Made by a program: the position numbers and the translations under genes. DNA of 53,781 nucleotides, filler included, from Sphacelaria rigidula (Eukaryota), in the NCBI GenBank assembly GCA_964200075.2. It is 5 parts of 5 records of this genome, joined end to end, with 100 filler letters (N's around TTAATTAATTAA, not from the genome) between each part and the next. Parts side by side here need not be neighbours in the genome. Positions count along the whole stretch, not along the records: positions 10,778 to 21,454 come from CAXNAA020006096.1; positions 21,555 to 32,230 come from CAXNAA020006097.1; 3 more parts are not named here. The stretch is one strand, 5' to 3'. The notes under the pieces were generated by a model. The model saw only the letters and a list, made by a program, of their open reading frames with translations, was not told the DNA's origin and did no database searches. Each line of letters starts with the position of its first letter. The first letter of the stretch is position 1. Of this stretch, positions 11,040 through 23,091 are shown piece after piece.

Positions 11040-12477
11040 GCCTTAGCCTTTTTTTTCCCTCCTAGTATGTCTCTTACTTTTGTCTTGTACCCCACACCCT
11101 CACCTATGGACAGCATTTCGTATTGGGTTCCGCCAATCTCTTTCCATGACTTTCTCGACCTCTCTATTCCACCTTATTCCAGCCCGCCCTTTCGTATTTT
11201 TCGTTCATACAGCCTTATCAACTTTAGCTGACAATCTCTTTCTCTGCACGTTCTTTACGCTATGTTACCATCGTAATTTCCTCATGTCTGTTTCAAGTGA
11301 GTACATTTCCAACCCTGCCCTCAAAAATGTATTACTCGTCGGTTACGAGCATCCAAATATTTTCTCAGCTGCTGCCATCTGTACTGTTCCCAACCTCTCC
11401 ATCAACTTTACGTTCCCCTCCCATACTTCTCCTGCATATTCCAGCTTTGGTACGATCACGTTCATCAGGATACATTACTTAATCCTAGTGACTAGTTGCG
11501 AGCCTCTAACGATTACGTCTATCCTACCTACCTTTGCCTTACCCTTTTCTATTACTTTGTTCATGTGTGCATCCCAAGAACAGTGTTTCGAGATCTCTAC
11601 GCCGAGGTATGTATACTGGTCTACGATCGGTAGTTCCTCTCCTCTCCACTTCGATTTGAACTTTACCGGAGATTGTTATCTTCGTGACAGGCTAGCACCG
11701 CGCATTTATTGACGTTCGCTGTCACTCTCCATTTCCTAGTGTATTCTAGCGCCTTGTCTATCTGTTTCTGTAGTCCTTCTGGTGTTCCTGAAATCCCCAC
11801 AAAATCATCCGCGAACATCAATCCTGATACCATATCTTCACCCACCTTCACCCCTTGCTTCGCTGCTCCTATTGCTACCATCAAGTCATGAATAAATACT
11901 TTGACCAAAGTGGGTGATAACACACATCCTTGTGCAACTCCTTGTAAGATATCGAAATATTTCGATATTTCCCCGTCTAGCATCATAGCACTCTTGCACA
12001 TTCTGTCCTCTTCTTCACCATTCTCCACATATTTCCTCTGATCCCAGCTTCCTACAACTTCTTCCACAATCCATGTCTCCAAACTGTCTCATGAGCCTTT
12101 TGCACGTCCAGAAAGAAACAGTACGTTGTCAGCCCAGTGTCTTCCCTACCCTGAATAATCTGACCTAGTGTGTACACATGGTCTACGCAACCACAGTTTG
12201 GTCTAAATCCTGCTTGCCCCTCGCTGATTTTGTCTTCCTTTTCGAGCATCGCTCCTACACTATCGTTCAGAATCTTACAGAATGTTTTCTCTACCGTGCT
12301 CAGTAGCGTTATCCCTTTACAATTTCCTGGGTCAGCCTTGTCTCCTTTTTTGAAAAGATTGACGACTACTCCTTCCCTCCACCTCTTGGGTATGTACTCG
12401 TTTGCCCAGATCCAGTTGTACAGTATAACCATCATGTTAGTCATTCCCTCTCCCCCGTACTTTAGAAACTCATTCAC
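11040..12477 (-). mobile_element. Non-LTR retrotransposon (LINE) ORF2 fragment with RT domain, decayed and truncated
   Basis: Motifs PKRWREGVVVNLFKKGDKADPGN.KGITLLS, EGQAGFRP, FLDVQKAHETV, GVAQGCVLSP, MFADD and YTYLGV across ORFs 12052-12477 and 11663-12082 and downstream, with frameshifts and stops. Confidence 0.93.
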
Positions 12478-12628
12478 GGGGGGCGGGGGGCGGGGGGGGG
12501 GGGGCTCGCCGCACCACTCATCTTTGGTCTGTCTAAACGCACCTGAAAAAAGGTTCGTCCTTCTTCGTATTTCNNNNNNNNNNCGTGCTGGGCTCCGCGT
12601 CCTGCTCCGCTGGTTAGGAGCCCACGGG

Positions 12629-12662
<34 letters not shown>

Positions 12663-12698
12663 CGCGGCATCACTCATCATTGGTCTGTCTCAACGCAC

Positions 12699-12800
12699 CT
12701 GAAAGAAGTTTCCTCCTTCTGCGTATGTCCCATCCAAGCTGCGTTTCACCACAAACCCGACCGTGTAGAGGATGGATACCACCCCGAAGAAACTAGTATA
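12699..12800 (-). CDS. Amino-acid transporter, internal exon C
   Basis: catcag|TAT...CAG|gtgcgt, 102 nt, phase 0/0. Translates YTSFFGVVSILYTVGFVVKRSLDGTYAEGGNFFQ, continuing in frame from exon B. Confidence 0.85.
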
Positions 12801-13673
12801 CTGATGGTTGTAACGGCGAAGCACGGCGAAACAGAAGAACGGGGAGAATATTACACAAACGCCACTAGAAGAAAAATATATATATCGTGTACACGCTCGC
12901 ACACACACGTACATATATACTCATTATGCAGTCACCCAGCAAATCTACCGAGTAAAAGATGGAACATGGCACAAAAAAGGCAGTCAAGAACAAACAGCAC
13001 TGGAACAAGCAAATGATATAATCTCTGTATTAGTATATGTATATGTACATACATATATATCAAGGGTCGGACGAATGAACAATTCGTCTGGAAAATTACT
13101 TGATTTTAGTGTAATTGATTCGCGCGGTATGAATCAATCCTTAGGCTTTGTTTTCAGGGTTGCAACCCAGGTACGCGCACCCCAGGCACGTGGAATGGCG
13201 CAAATATTGCGTGGGGTCTTTTTTGACCAGCGGACAACTTTCTTCTCTCTTTCGAGCAATCAGGCCTCAAAAACCGTGGATTTGTTGACTCGAACCGGCA
13301 ATGATTCGTCCAAACCGTGATATATATTTACATGTTCATCACGCGACAAAATGAGCACACGGCAAGCATCTGGAGACGCACGAGAGCAAATAGAAGATAA
13401 AACAAACCAAAAACAGGCGGGAAAAAGGGAGGGGGGGGAATGACAGAAACCATCACCTCTCTTTGAAAAGGACTCCGAGATGACACGGTTGTCAAAACCA
13501 CACACCTTGGACAATCCATGGTCAATGGTTGCAATAGGCATATATATGTATATATATATATACCTTATGCAGTACATGTTTTGTCTATTGCAACCATTGG
13601 ATCATATACTGCCACTGTCCAGGGTGAGCAAAACTCACACAAAGCAGGCGACCACGACAAATAGCAGTGCTAA

Positions 13674-14165
13674 GGCCGCTCCTTGTGGCAAACAGAAAGT
13701 AAAAATCTGGAAAACTGCCTCTTCAGAGCTTCCGCGTCGTTTTAGGCCCCGCCTAAAGAGGAGCTAGGCGGGTTTGACACCTTCAAATGCCTTGCTGTCT
13801 TCGGTGAGACGGTTCCAGCACATCTATGCGTTTTTCGGTGGCTGCAGTTTTTTTCTTGGTCTAACTTGCTTTTTTCTCCGAGACCGCTCTTTCTTGTCGG
13901 AGATCGCTCGAATCCAGATGAGCTTGCAAATTTTATGGATTTGACCGATCTCCGAGAAAAAAGCAAGTTGGACCAGGGAAAAACTGCGGCCACCGAAAAT
14001 ACGCGCAGGGGTGCTGAAACCGTCTCATCCAGTACAGCAAGGCATTCCGAGGTGTCAGAATCCGCCTACTGCATTATAGCTCTCTTCAAGGGCGTAAACG
14101 ACGCAGAAGATCCAAAAGGGCAGTTTTTGTCACATTTTTTTCCCTGTTTGTCATGAGAAGCGGCC
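13674..14165. mobile_element. Foldback MITE with ~220-bp imperfect inverted arms, possibly PIF/Harbinger-type
   Basis: Termini GGCCGCT...AGCGGCC flanked by TAA and TGA. Arms pair, e.g. CTAACTTGCTTTTTTCTC with GAGAAAAAAGCAAGTTGG. Confidence 0.7.
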
Positions 14166-15005
14166 TGAGGGCCGTCCTTCTCGACGGCGAAAAACAGGAT
14201 TGCTTTTCAATGTATCCATTTTTTCCCCCCAGGTTTTCCCTCTTGTTTTGTCTTCTAAATAGCTCGAAAACGTTCATCATGACTCTTTCTCCATCACATC
14301 CTCCGTTTCCAGTTTCAAAATTTGGGGAATTAGAACCTTTCGAGAATCAGCACTGCTGCTCGCTTGATCACAGCCCCTGTACTGCACACACCATGGTTAA
14401 AATGTACGTAGGTATGCGTGATCCTGATGTGCTTGGGGATGATACTAATGCTCTCGGCCCCCTGCGCTGCTGGCAAGACACGGTGTGATGGCATGTGGAG
14501 TGTGGGCGTGGACTCCAAACCCGTCCACAAGCAGAGCACGAAACGGTCGTTTTCCTTTTTTACACAAGGCGAACCATGGAAAACGTGGAACGAATTTTTT
14601 TTTTCAAAAGTACAGCATACCCCGGATAATGGCAATAGATTATTAATCACACTGGCAAAAAGTGCACTGCGTCCAGTATCGAATATTTTGTCTTTTGTGA
14701 CAGACAATGTATTCGACATTGTTGTACGCCGTGCACTATTTGCCAATGCAATCTGTCGTCGTTGTCCAGTGTATGAAATACACTCTTCGTGAAGAACGGC
14801 CGTAAGTGACAAGACAACAAACGCTCCGAGCAAAGCACCGAATGAGTGAAAGCAGATACGATGAAAAAGAGAGGGGAAGGGAGAGGGGGGGGGGGGGGCA
14901 AAAACCAGATGAGAAAAAGCAAAAAAAACGTAAAAACAGACAACACAAGGCATACTGTATAGGCACAACACAACATGGCCCTGACACGTCACACTTAATC
15001 GTCAC

Positions 15006-15206
15006 CTGAAGAGCGCTCAGGTTCTTCATGAGGCACAACGGCAAGAGGGGGAACAGGCTGAGCGTCACGAGATCGACCGCCCGCTTCTTGAAGAAATCCG
15101 GCACAAATCCTGCAGACCCGGCCAGGGCTCCGAACAGATCGCCGATGAAAGCGGAGTAAAACACACAGCACCCGAAACACATGAGCGCTACCGCCGCCTC
15201 GACAAC
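15006..15206 (-). CDS. Amino-acid transporter, internal exon B
   Basis: aacag|GTT...CAG|gtgac, 201 nt, phase 0/0. Translates VVEAAVALMCFGCCVFYSAFIGDLFGALAG...LSLFPLLPLCLMKNLSALQ. The 'LPLCL.KNLSAL' motif is typical of Aa_trans proteins. Confidence 0.9.
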
Positions 15207-15672
15207 CTGTTTTTTCAAATCAGCAAAGCGGCAACGACGTTAACTGATATGCATTCGGTAACGGTGGCAGTAGCAGCAAAACATCCAACGCCTTCTTGTC
15301 ACCTGTTTACTTCCATACAGCAGCAGATTCAGAAAAAGAAGACAATAACAAAAACACTAATATATAATAAAATGGATTCAAATTAGCAACAGCAGTACTA
15401 GCACTACAAAACATTATACGTCAGGGTCGGCCTACGCACTTCTTGCTTTTTCGTGACGATAACCCCACCATCCACTATACCCCCCGTTAATCTAGCAGTC
15501 ATTTTTTTTCAACATAAGAGTAAAACTTGAGGAGGGACGGGGGGGGGGACGGGGGGGGGGTATACTCATGATCATGCATGCCATAGTCATCAGACCATTG
15601 ACCTCGCATCCCTACAAAGCCGGGACGGAGCACGTCCGGTTTTCGCCGGACCAGGGGGGGGGAGAGACTTAA

Positions 15673-15774
15673 CCCTTAGACCGCGAGATTAGTCTTTCTG
15701 GATCATGCATATTTTTTTTCACTTACTTGAAATTGATGCCGATTCAACAGAAGACTAACCTCGCGGTCTAAGGG
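15673..15774. mobile_element. 102-bp piggyBac-type MITE
   Basis: TTAA on both sides. 24-bp TIRs CCCTTAGACCGCGAG(A/G)TTAGTCTT with one mismatch. Confidence 0.85.
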
Positions 15775-16069
15775 TTAAGGCGGAAAACAAAATGTCAGAA
15801 GCTTTCACAGAAAGGATGGATTATGGTGCATACGATTCGTGCAGTATTAAACATGGTCGGGGAAAATGTTAGTCGTCAGCCGTGCTGCATGAATCTCAAA
15901 GCGAGAATCATGAGTGATTCACGTTTCTTCTCTGAACGAATCATAAGTACAAATAGCGGGGGAAATATATGATATAAGGAGGTCACATTGCAAAAACCAA
16001 GGGTAGGGAAAGCGCTGGCAAAGAGTCACACCGCACGAACCAATGGTGGGGAAAATGTAGTGCAGACAT

Positions 16070-16421
16070 GCCGGTCGCCCTGGTGGCTCAGTAGGTGACC
16101 TCGAAACCTTTTGACAGTTGGGTCGTGGGTCCGAATTTCGGTGAGGTTACACGATCTGAGATTTTATCTCACACCATGCCCGACCGTGGGGAACGACTAT
16201 GTCGTGGTTACATTAAGATTCAACATCACGGTCGACGAAGGAAAGGGAGTCGTGAACCCCTCTCTCGATAAACAAGAAAGGCAAGCACCGCAGAAGGAAG
16301 GTGGAGTACTGAAAACAAAAACTAAACAAAAAAAAATACTGTGTTGGCCTTCCTCCTGTGTGACCCCGGCTGGTGCGCCCATATCTACCGGAAGGTGTAG
16401 CCTGGTATCCAGAATCGATGG
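16070..16421 (+). mobile_element. tRNA-derived SINE family B, copy 1
   Basis: A box TGGCTCAGTAGG, B-box-like GGTCCGAATTT. Body colinear with 17648-17976 and contains an internal A-rich tract. Confidence 0.7.
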
Positions 16422-16983
16422 AATGGCAGCACACAGCACTAACGTCATGACGCACGAAATCACCGGTTTCAAAACACGAACGAAGCACAATCTTTAACGA
16501 ATCACGTTTGAAGGATCCGCGCAATGAATGAACATGGACGAGTTATGATTGGACCCTTGATCCATGTGTGCAGTAGTACAACAGTACCTGATACTACTCC
16601 GCTCACAACTCTACTGCCGGCAAAGCGAAAAGCGGGTCGATTAGGAGCTAGTGTCGAGGCCTCTATTATTTATGGGCACCCAGCGTAGCACGGATATCCC
16701 GTGATCAATTCGTACACCGATGCAGATTCGGGGCAGAACTGAGCCAGCAGCCATTTGGGTTTTTCCCAGGATGATATTTATAGTGGTCGCGATATAACTG
16801 TACTGCAGTCTCTCGTCTGTTCAGAGAACCCACAGCGCCTGCCCCTTACAGCTGCAGCAGCACCACAACGGTACGGCACAGTAGTACCAATAGTATCTGT
16901 ACCTCTTTCAAGTCCCGCCAGCGGCAGTTCACTGCTGTATTATTATGCCTAGGACAAAACTGTAACTTAAATGCACTGAATTG

Positions 16984-18058
16984 CCGTTCTTAGCTCAATT
17001 TTCAGAGTTGGACTTTCAATTTTTTCATGGAGAATCGCTAGGGCATAATAAAAGCCATGTGTATACTGGGACAAGAAAAATTTTTCTTCTTTTCCTTTCT
17101 TGGGGTATTTCAGTGAAAAATGGCCCATGTCTTTGGCCTTGTCTCACTTTCTCAGCTCAAGTTTCTTTATCATCAAGTTGAAATTGAGTATGGAGAATCG
17201 CAAGGTCATCCTGGAAAAAAATTGGCCAACTCTTTTTTTCGTGAGTTAACCACGGTATCGTCAATACATGGTACACACTATACTAAAGCGTCTTCAACTC
17301 ATGAAAAAAAACTGACGTGTCCCAATTTTCTGTTGCCTTATGCTCTCGCGATCTCCCGCACAAATTTCGAAGTGGAAGTACCAAATCTGGGTTGATCAAT
17401 GGCCTGCAAACCACTGTCCTGAATTGGGACCAGCGCAACTCCTAAACCGCCCGTTCTCACCTCAATTTTCGAGGGGTGGACTTTTCAAGTTTGGTATGGA
17501 GAATCACTAGGGCATATAATATAAGCACATATTTGGGACGGATTTTTTTTTTTCATGGCTTACCGATATTTTACTGAAGTCTGGATCATGAATGTTTCCC
17601 TTAACTCATGCAAAAAAAAAACGCCTCAAAAGATGTGCTTCTATTTTGCTCAATTGGTAACCTCGAAACCTTCCGACGGTTAGGTCGTGGGTTCGAATCT
17701 CAGAGCGATCCGGGATTTGTTCTCATGCCCAACAGTGGAGAGCGACCATGTCGTGGGTACACAAAATTCGACTTCACGGTCCACGAGGGAAAGGGACTGC
17801 CGAACCCTTTTCGCGATCAAAAATAAAGGCAAGCACCACAGAAGGAAGGTGGAGTACTGAAACAAACCAAAAATGGAGAAAAAACTCCTGTGTTGACGTT
17901 CCTCCTGTGTGACCCCGGCTGGTGCGCCCCCCCACATATACCGAAAGGTGTAGACCGGCAACCAGAACAGATGGGACGACAACGCACATTATGCCCTATA
18001 ATAGCGATTCTTCACACAAATTTCGAAAGTCCATCTCTCAAAATTGAGGTGAGAACGG
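16984..18058. mobile_element. Two adjacent related TIR elements (16984-17402 and 17451-18058), the second interrupted by SINE B
   Basis: ~65-bp motif CCGTTCT.A.CTCAATTTTC...GGAGAATC.CTAGGGCATA at 16984 and 17451, with reverse complements ending at ~17402 (more diverged) and 18058. Confidence 0.55.
17648..17976 (+). mobile_element. tRNA-derived SINE family B, copy 2 (slightly 5'-truncated)
   Basis: GCTCAATTGG...GGTTCGAATCT. Colinear with 16070-16421 and inserted inside a TIR element. Confidence 0.7.
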
Positions 18059-18540
18059 ACCTGCAACCTACAGAACCGCTTCTAGGCTCGCCCAGCTCGT
18101 ACCAACAACCAACCAGCAACCAAAAATACAACACGTCGGACAGATGATGATTCGTCTGAAAATTTACTTCCTCTCAGTGTACTGATCCGGATCATGATCC
18201 AGACCATGATCCAGATCATATGGCTTCCCTTTTCCATGTTCGCTGCCTAGAGCGCCGGACGCCGAGTAGCGCCAAAGTTGCGCTTCGGCTTCTCTGACTC
18301 CGCGGTCACATGTTTTGTGTTTATGGCCCAACGAATCCGCGAGTCTTCATTGATTAGTTATCTCTGATTCCAGTACAAGTAGATCTCCTGTAATTCAATC
18401 GGTCTCATACCCATAGTGTAGTGTAGGTGCCCTTTTTTCGTGTAGATGTTTTGTTTCTTGCCTTCTTCTGCGGGCTGTTCGGATGATATGCTCCTTACAC
18501 GCTGTGACCACGGGTTCGAGGGATCGAGCTAATGTGACGG

Positions 18541-18542
<2 letters not shown>

Positions 18543-18582
<40 letters not shown>
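18543..18582. repeat. (ATA)n microsatellite
   Basis: About 13 consecutive ATA units. Confidence 0.95.
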
Positions 18583-18583
<1 letters not shown>

Positions 18584-20618
18584 CTCAGACGGATCATTAT
18601 CTGTGCGACGTGTGAAAAATACTGTTCGAGAGTGGTTGTCGTTAGCTGCTACTACACTGTACATGAAGCCGACGAGGTCATGGCTCAGAGAAGCGAAACG
18701 TTCCCGAAACTTTTGACACAGCTGCAGTACGTCACATGTGGGAGTTACAAAACGGTAGTACAGCGCCGTAGTTGCCCAGCGAACGTGAAGACCGAACCTC
18801 TGACATCAGGAGCCAACCGAAACCTATTGAATTTATTTCAGGAAATAATGGTCGTCCGCACATCCCTTGTCTGCATATTCTGTCAACGTCAAGAGAGCGG
18901 CGGCTGCATGAATCACAGGTAGGAAAAATGGAATAAATAAGTACGATAACCATCGCATTTCAACAACGTGTGAGAAGTACTACATTAACCGCCAGGGTGG
19001 GTCATCAGAGACGTGGCACTCGTTTTTCAAGTGAAAATGATGCCGATTTAACGGACGACTCAGCCTAGCCGTCAGAGTGGGGAGACTATGAGAAAGAGTA
19101 ATAATGCACGAATCAAGGGTGGGGAAAACGTTGCGGGTGGCGGCGGCAGGGGAGGGGACGGGGGGGGGCGACGCGACGTGCTGGACAAATCACCAGTGCG
19201 AAAAACGGATAAGAGGGTCATACCGTGCAAGATCATTGGTCGGGAAAATGCGAAATAGTCCCAATCGAGGGAATATATGTTTTGCTGGAACGGGAGGATT
19301 CACGATCACCCAGTTGAGCTAAATTGAAACCACGCATGAGTCATCCTCTGTTCGAGAATCCGCATCGTTTTGTACTGTACTGTAGTACTCAGTCATGCTA
19401 CGGTGGGGGTTGCATATTTGGGTCCCAGATCTTCCTCGTTCGGCGGCTCAAAACGTTGGGAGCTACGCGAGAATATGGGTCAGGACATTGGAATGCTAAT
19501 CGCGGCGTGCTTTCACATATTTTAAAGCAAGTCGCTTCTTGTACGAGATAGAGAGCTCCTAACAATTTTCTCAGAAACTGTTTTTGTGGACTCCTACCGT
19601 AGCATCACTCTGCCGACTGCCAGGATGGAACGGCCGCACGAGTGATTCGATTGATTGATGCACTTTCGGGTCCTGTATCGACGTTGCGCGCAGGGCTTTT
19701 GCTAATGCACAACCATGACGTACGAATCACGAGCCCAAAGCATGCATGGATCACGGCTAGAGTTAAGGCTAGGGCTGGGGTTAGGATTACCGTCAGCTCG
19801 TCGCTGCCCATGCGTGGTACTGTACACTGGAGAAAGACGATAGGTGGTGCTGTACTATACACCATGGCGCACTGAGTACGGTATAATGCGATGAAAGTAG
19901 TGAAAAGCTTTTCTCAATCTCTGTACGAATCACATGAGTAGTGATTCGTGTGATGATGACGTGTAAAAGACTTTCTGCAACATACTAAATAAGTTTTTTT
20001 TCTTCCACGACATGCATGCATATAATCAGGAGACCCTCTCGCTGCACCGCATAGCGCTTCCTGGAGCCCGTGGGGGCCTTTCTGCACCCAGCTCTTTGGT
20101 TCAATTCCCGCCGCTCGAGCCGACGCGGTTCCGGACCCAACAGTTCAGTCCAATCTTCTTCGCAGTTCTTATCCTCACCAAAAGCTGCCATACTTCACTC
20201 CAGGCGAGACACCGCAAGTCACTTTGAAACCCACGGAACGAAAAGCTAGTACCGGTACACCAGCACATCAAATGGCCACGCTATCCGTCGGTTTGTCATT
20301 CTCGGCGTATTGTAGTATGATTTGGTGCGCTGCAAGAATGAACTACTCCACTCGTGATTTGCAGCGAATCATTCATGGGGACAAGACCTCAACAGTGCCT
20401 GCAGGACATGGTACTTACTCCCACGAGTTTCGTACCAACTACGGGTCGGTAAAAACACCTCCTGCCCCAAGTCTGATGCGCAGCACTAATATCAAGCAAT
20501 TGCGAGATACCGGTACAGTGCGGGGGTCCCACCATAGTGCGGTCGTCCCGGGCTGTGACAGAAAGGCAACGTTGCGTTCACGAATCTTTTGTCCTCCCCG
20601 TATCTCTCCCTCTCTCAC

Positions 20619-20809
20619 CCAAGCAGATTCCTTGCCGACTAAATCAGTCCACAGTCCGCTGAACGACCATTTCTTGGTGTACTCGCACGCGCGGCCGATG
20701 CTGATCATGGTGTAGCCAGACACAACCCCGAACGCTGCCAACAACGCAGGTGCCACGACTAGGCCTGTCCCGCCAGCCGCTGCCATACCGTAGGCCACCG
20801 GGAGCATAC
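20619..20809 (-). CDS. Amino-acid transporter (Aa_trans/AAAP, SLC38-like), internal exon A
   Basis: Acceptor tgtgtag|GT ATG and donor TGG|gtgaga. Translates (G)MLPVAYGMAAAGGTGLVVAPALLAAFGVVSGYTMISIGRACEYTKKWSFSGLWTDLVGKESAW, resembling the TM1-TM2 region of Aa_trans proteins. Starts in phase 1, ends in phase 0. Confidence 0.85.
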
Positions 20810-21349
20810 CTACACACACACATATATATGAGGGTATTGATTCAGCGACAAGGAGCAAATGTGACCAAAAGAAAAATCAAGTTATTATCATGTCCTCGTA
20901 CGACAGCAATACAAGGAACGAGTCGCTGCGGGTGCAACGCGACTGCCTGATTCACCACAAAGATACAGTGTTTGACTTGTATATAGACACGATTTCAAAG
21001 TATTCAAATATTGAACCGGTTCAGGCATAGCATTGACGTGTGTGTGTGTGTGTGAGATATATGTACACCACATTCTGGACAGATGGATTGCATTGACAAA
21101 AAGTGTACCGCATACAGTATCAAATATTGCGTCCATTGCAGTGTATAATTTGTTGTCCAGGGTGTGATGTGTACAGTACAGTAGCACAACGCCGGTTCAT
21201 GTTGAAAATCTGTTCTAGGGCAATGTTGCTTGGCTGAGGCATCTCTATTTCCACTTCAATTTTCATCTGCCCCCCCCCCCCCGTGCTCCGTCTCGAAAGG
21301 GATGCGTGGTCAATGGTCAAACGACTAAGGCAAGCAACAAATGACTACG

Positions 21350-21387
<38 letters not shown>

Positions 21388-21454
21388 CCGCCCCCTCCCA
21401 CGCCCCCCCCCCCGCCCACACCCCCCCGCCCCCCGCCCCGCCCGCCGCCCCCAC

Positions 21455-21554
21455 NNNNNNNNNNNNNNNNNNNNNNNNNNNNNNNNNNNNNNNNNNNNTT
21501 AATTAATTAANNNNNNNNNNNNNNNNNNNNNNNNNNNNNNNNNNNNNNNNNNNN
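21455..21554. other. Scaffold gap with artificial linker
   Basis: Same 100-bp N/linker block, next to a poly-C tract. Confidence 0.97.
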
Positions 21555-21630
21555 ATTTCATGCCACCTTTGCTCACATCCCGCATTTCTCCCTCTAGCAC
21601 GTCCCGTTCCTCCTTGTATAGTTCACATGG
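21555..21630 (-). mobile_element. Short fragment resembling a LINE ORF2 C-terminus, next to a gap
   Basis: CELYKEERDVLEGEMRDV resembles the 'C..Y...R' tail after the CCHC motif of non-LTR ORF2. Confidence 0.4.
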
Positions 21631-21685
21631 ATCCTCTGGGGACCAAGTTCGACACCACTCAGCCGCCAGGGGATTCTGACGGCGG

Positions 21686-21890
21686 CAATCCTCCACAGGA
21701 TGCGATATTGAAAAAAACCTTCGAGGGAGACTCCGACGCTGAAACCCTCTACAGCGTAGCAATCCTCCAGAGGATGCGATTTCGACAAAAACCCTCGAGA
21801 GGGAGACTCCAATGTGGAAAACCCCCTAGAGGAGATAGCAATCCTCAATCCTCCAAAGGATGCCATATCGTCGAAAATACTCTCGAGGAT
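21686..21890. repeat. ~75-bp tandem repeat, about 2.5 copies
   Basis: Recurring CAATCCTCCA.AGGATGC.AT...AAAA.CC.TCGAG..GAGACTCC. Confidence 0.65.
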
Positions 21891-22367
21891 TGCAAATACA
21901 CAAGATCCTCTACCGGGGGTTTCAAAACGGACGGAACCGAGTATGATGTTCGAAAATTACTCCTCAAGGTAGCCGAATGGCCGCGTGTGCTGCTTCGCTG
22001 TAATCCGGCAGCTTGATCCGTTGCACTATGTGACGATTCGTACCGATACACAAATCGCAGATCTCGCTCCGCTCCGCTACTTCACTCTCAAAAAAACCTG
22101 AGGCTCAATATTTCTTCCAAAGATATTTCAATATTGACTTGAAAAAATTATGCATGATCCAGATGGACTACGAGCATCGCATTCTAATGGTCAAGATTCA
22201 ACCTTATTTTCTCAAACCATCGCCATAGTTGTGCTCCATATATATTATATAGTCTTTCCCTTGCCCTAAAATAAAATTCAATCAACCGCAACCACCTAAC
22301 CATCAACCAACCAATTAATTAGTTATTCAATTTATTATTATTGTCGCCCGCTCGTCCTGAAGAATAC

Positions 22368-23091
22368 CAAGGCTATACACGTTACACGTTACACGTTCAC
22401 GTTCACGTTACGTTCATCACGTAAAAAAAAAGTTAACGTTCACGTTACGTGACATGTGTCACGTAAAAAAAGTTAACGTTACGTTATAACTTTACATTCG
22501 AAAATTTAACGTTACGTTCGCGTTACAGTCATCACGTAATAAACATTGAACGTTACGTTAACGTTACATTTGAAAATTTAACGTTTCGTTCACGTTACGT
22601 TCATCACGTGAAAAAAATAACGTTCACGTTACGTTTCGGCCAAAACGTAACGTGAACGTAACGTGTAACGCTATGGCACGTGTAGCGTGTATAGCCCTGG
22701 CTATACATGTACACGTTCACGTTCACGTTACGTTCGTCACGTGAAAAAAGTTAATGTTCACGATACGTGACGTCTGCCACGTAAAAAAAAATTCAACTTT
22801 ACGTTAACGTTACATTAGAAAATTTAACGTTACGTTCGCGTTACAGTCATTACGTGATAAACATTGAACGTTACGTTAACGTTACATTTGAAAATTTAAC
22901 GTTACGTTCACGTTACGTTCGTCACGTACAAAATATTTAACATTACGTTAACCTTACATTTTAAGTTTTAACGTACGTTTACGTTACGTTCATTACGTAA
23001 AAAGAAAATTAACGTTCACGTTACGTTTCGGCCAAAACGCAACGTGAAAGTAACGTGTAACGCTTTGGCACGTGTAACGTGTATAGCCCTG
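22368..23091. mobile_element. Head-to-tail dimer of a hAT-type MITE built from ACGTT/GTTAAC repeats
   Basis: TIRs CAAGGCTATACACGTTACACGT...ACGTGTAACGTGTATAGCCCTG. Unit junction at ~22699. 8-bp flanks AAGAATAC (22360-22367) and AAAAATAC (23092-23099) form a one-mismatch TSD. Confidence 0.8.

Noticed and set aside
11080..11712. 210-aa plus-strand ORF (also 12170-12796)
   Set aside because: Antisense to the LINE RT region and transporter exon.
21283..21454. Poly-proline (formin/extensin-like) ORF
   Set aside because: Translation of a poly-C tract at a contig end, where sequence quality is likely low.
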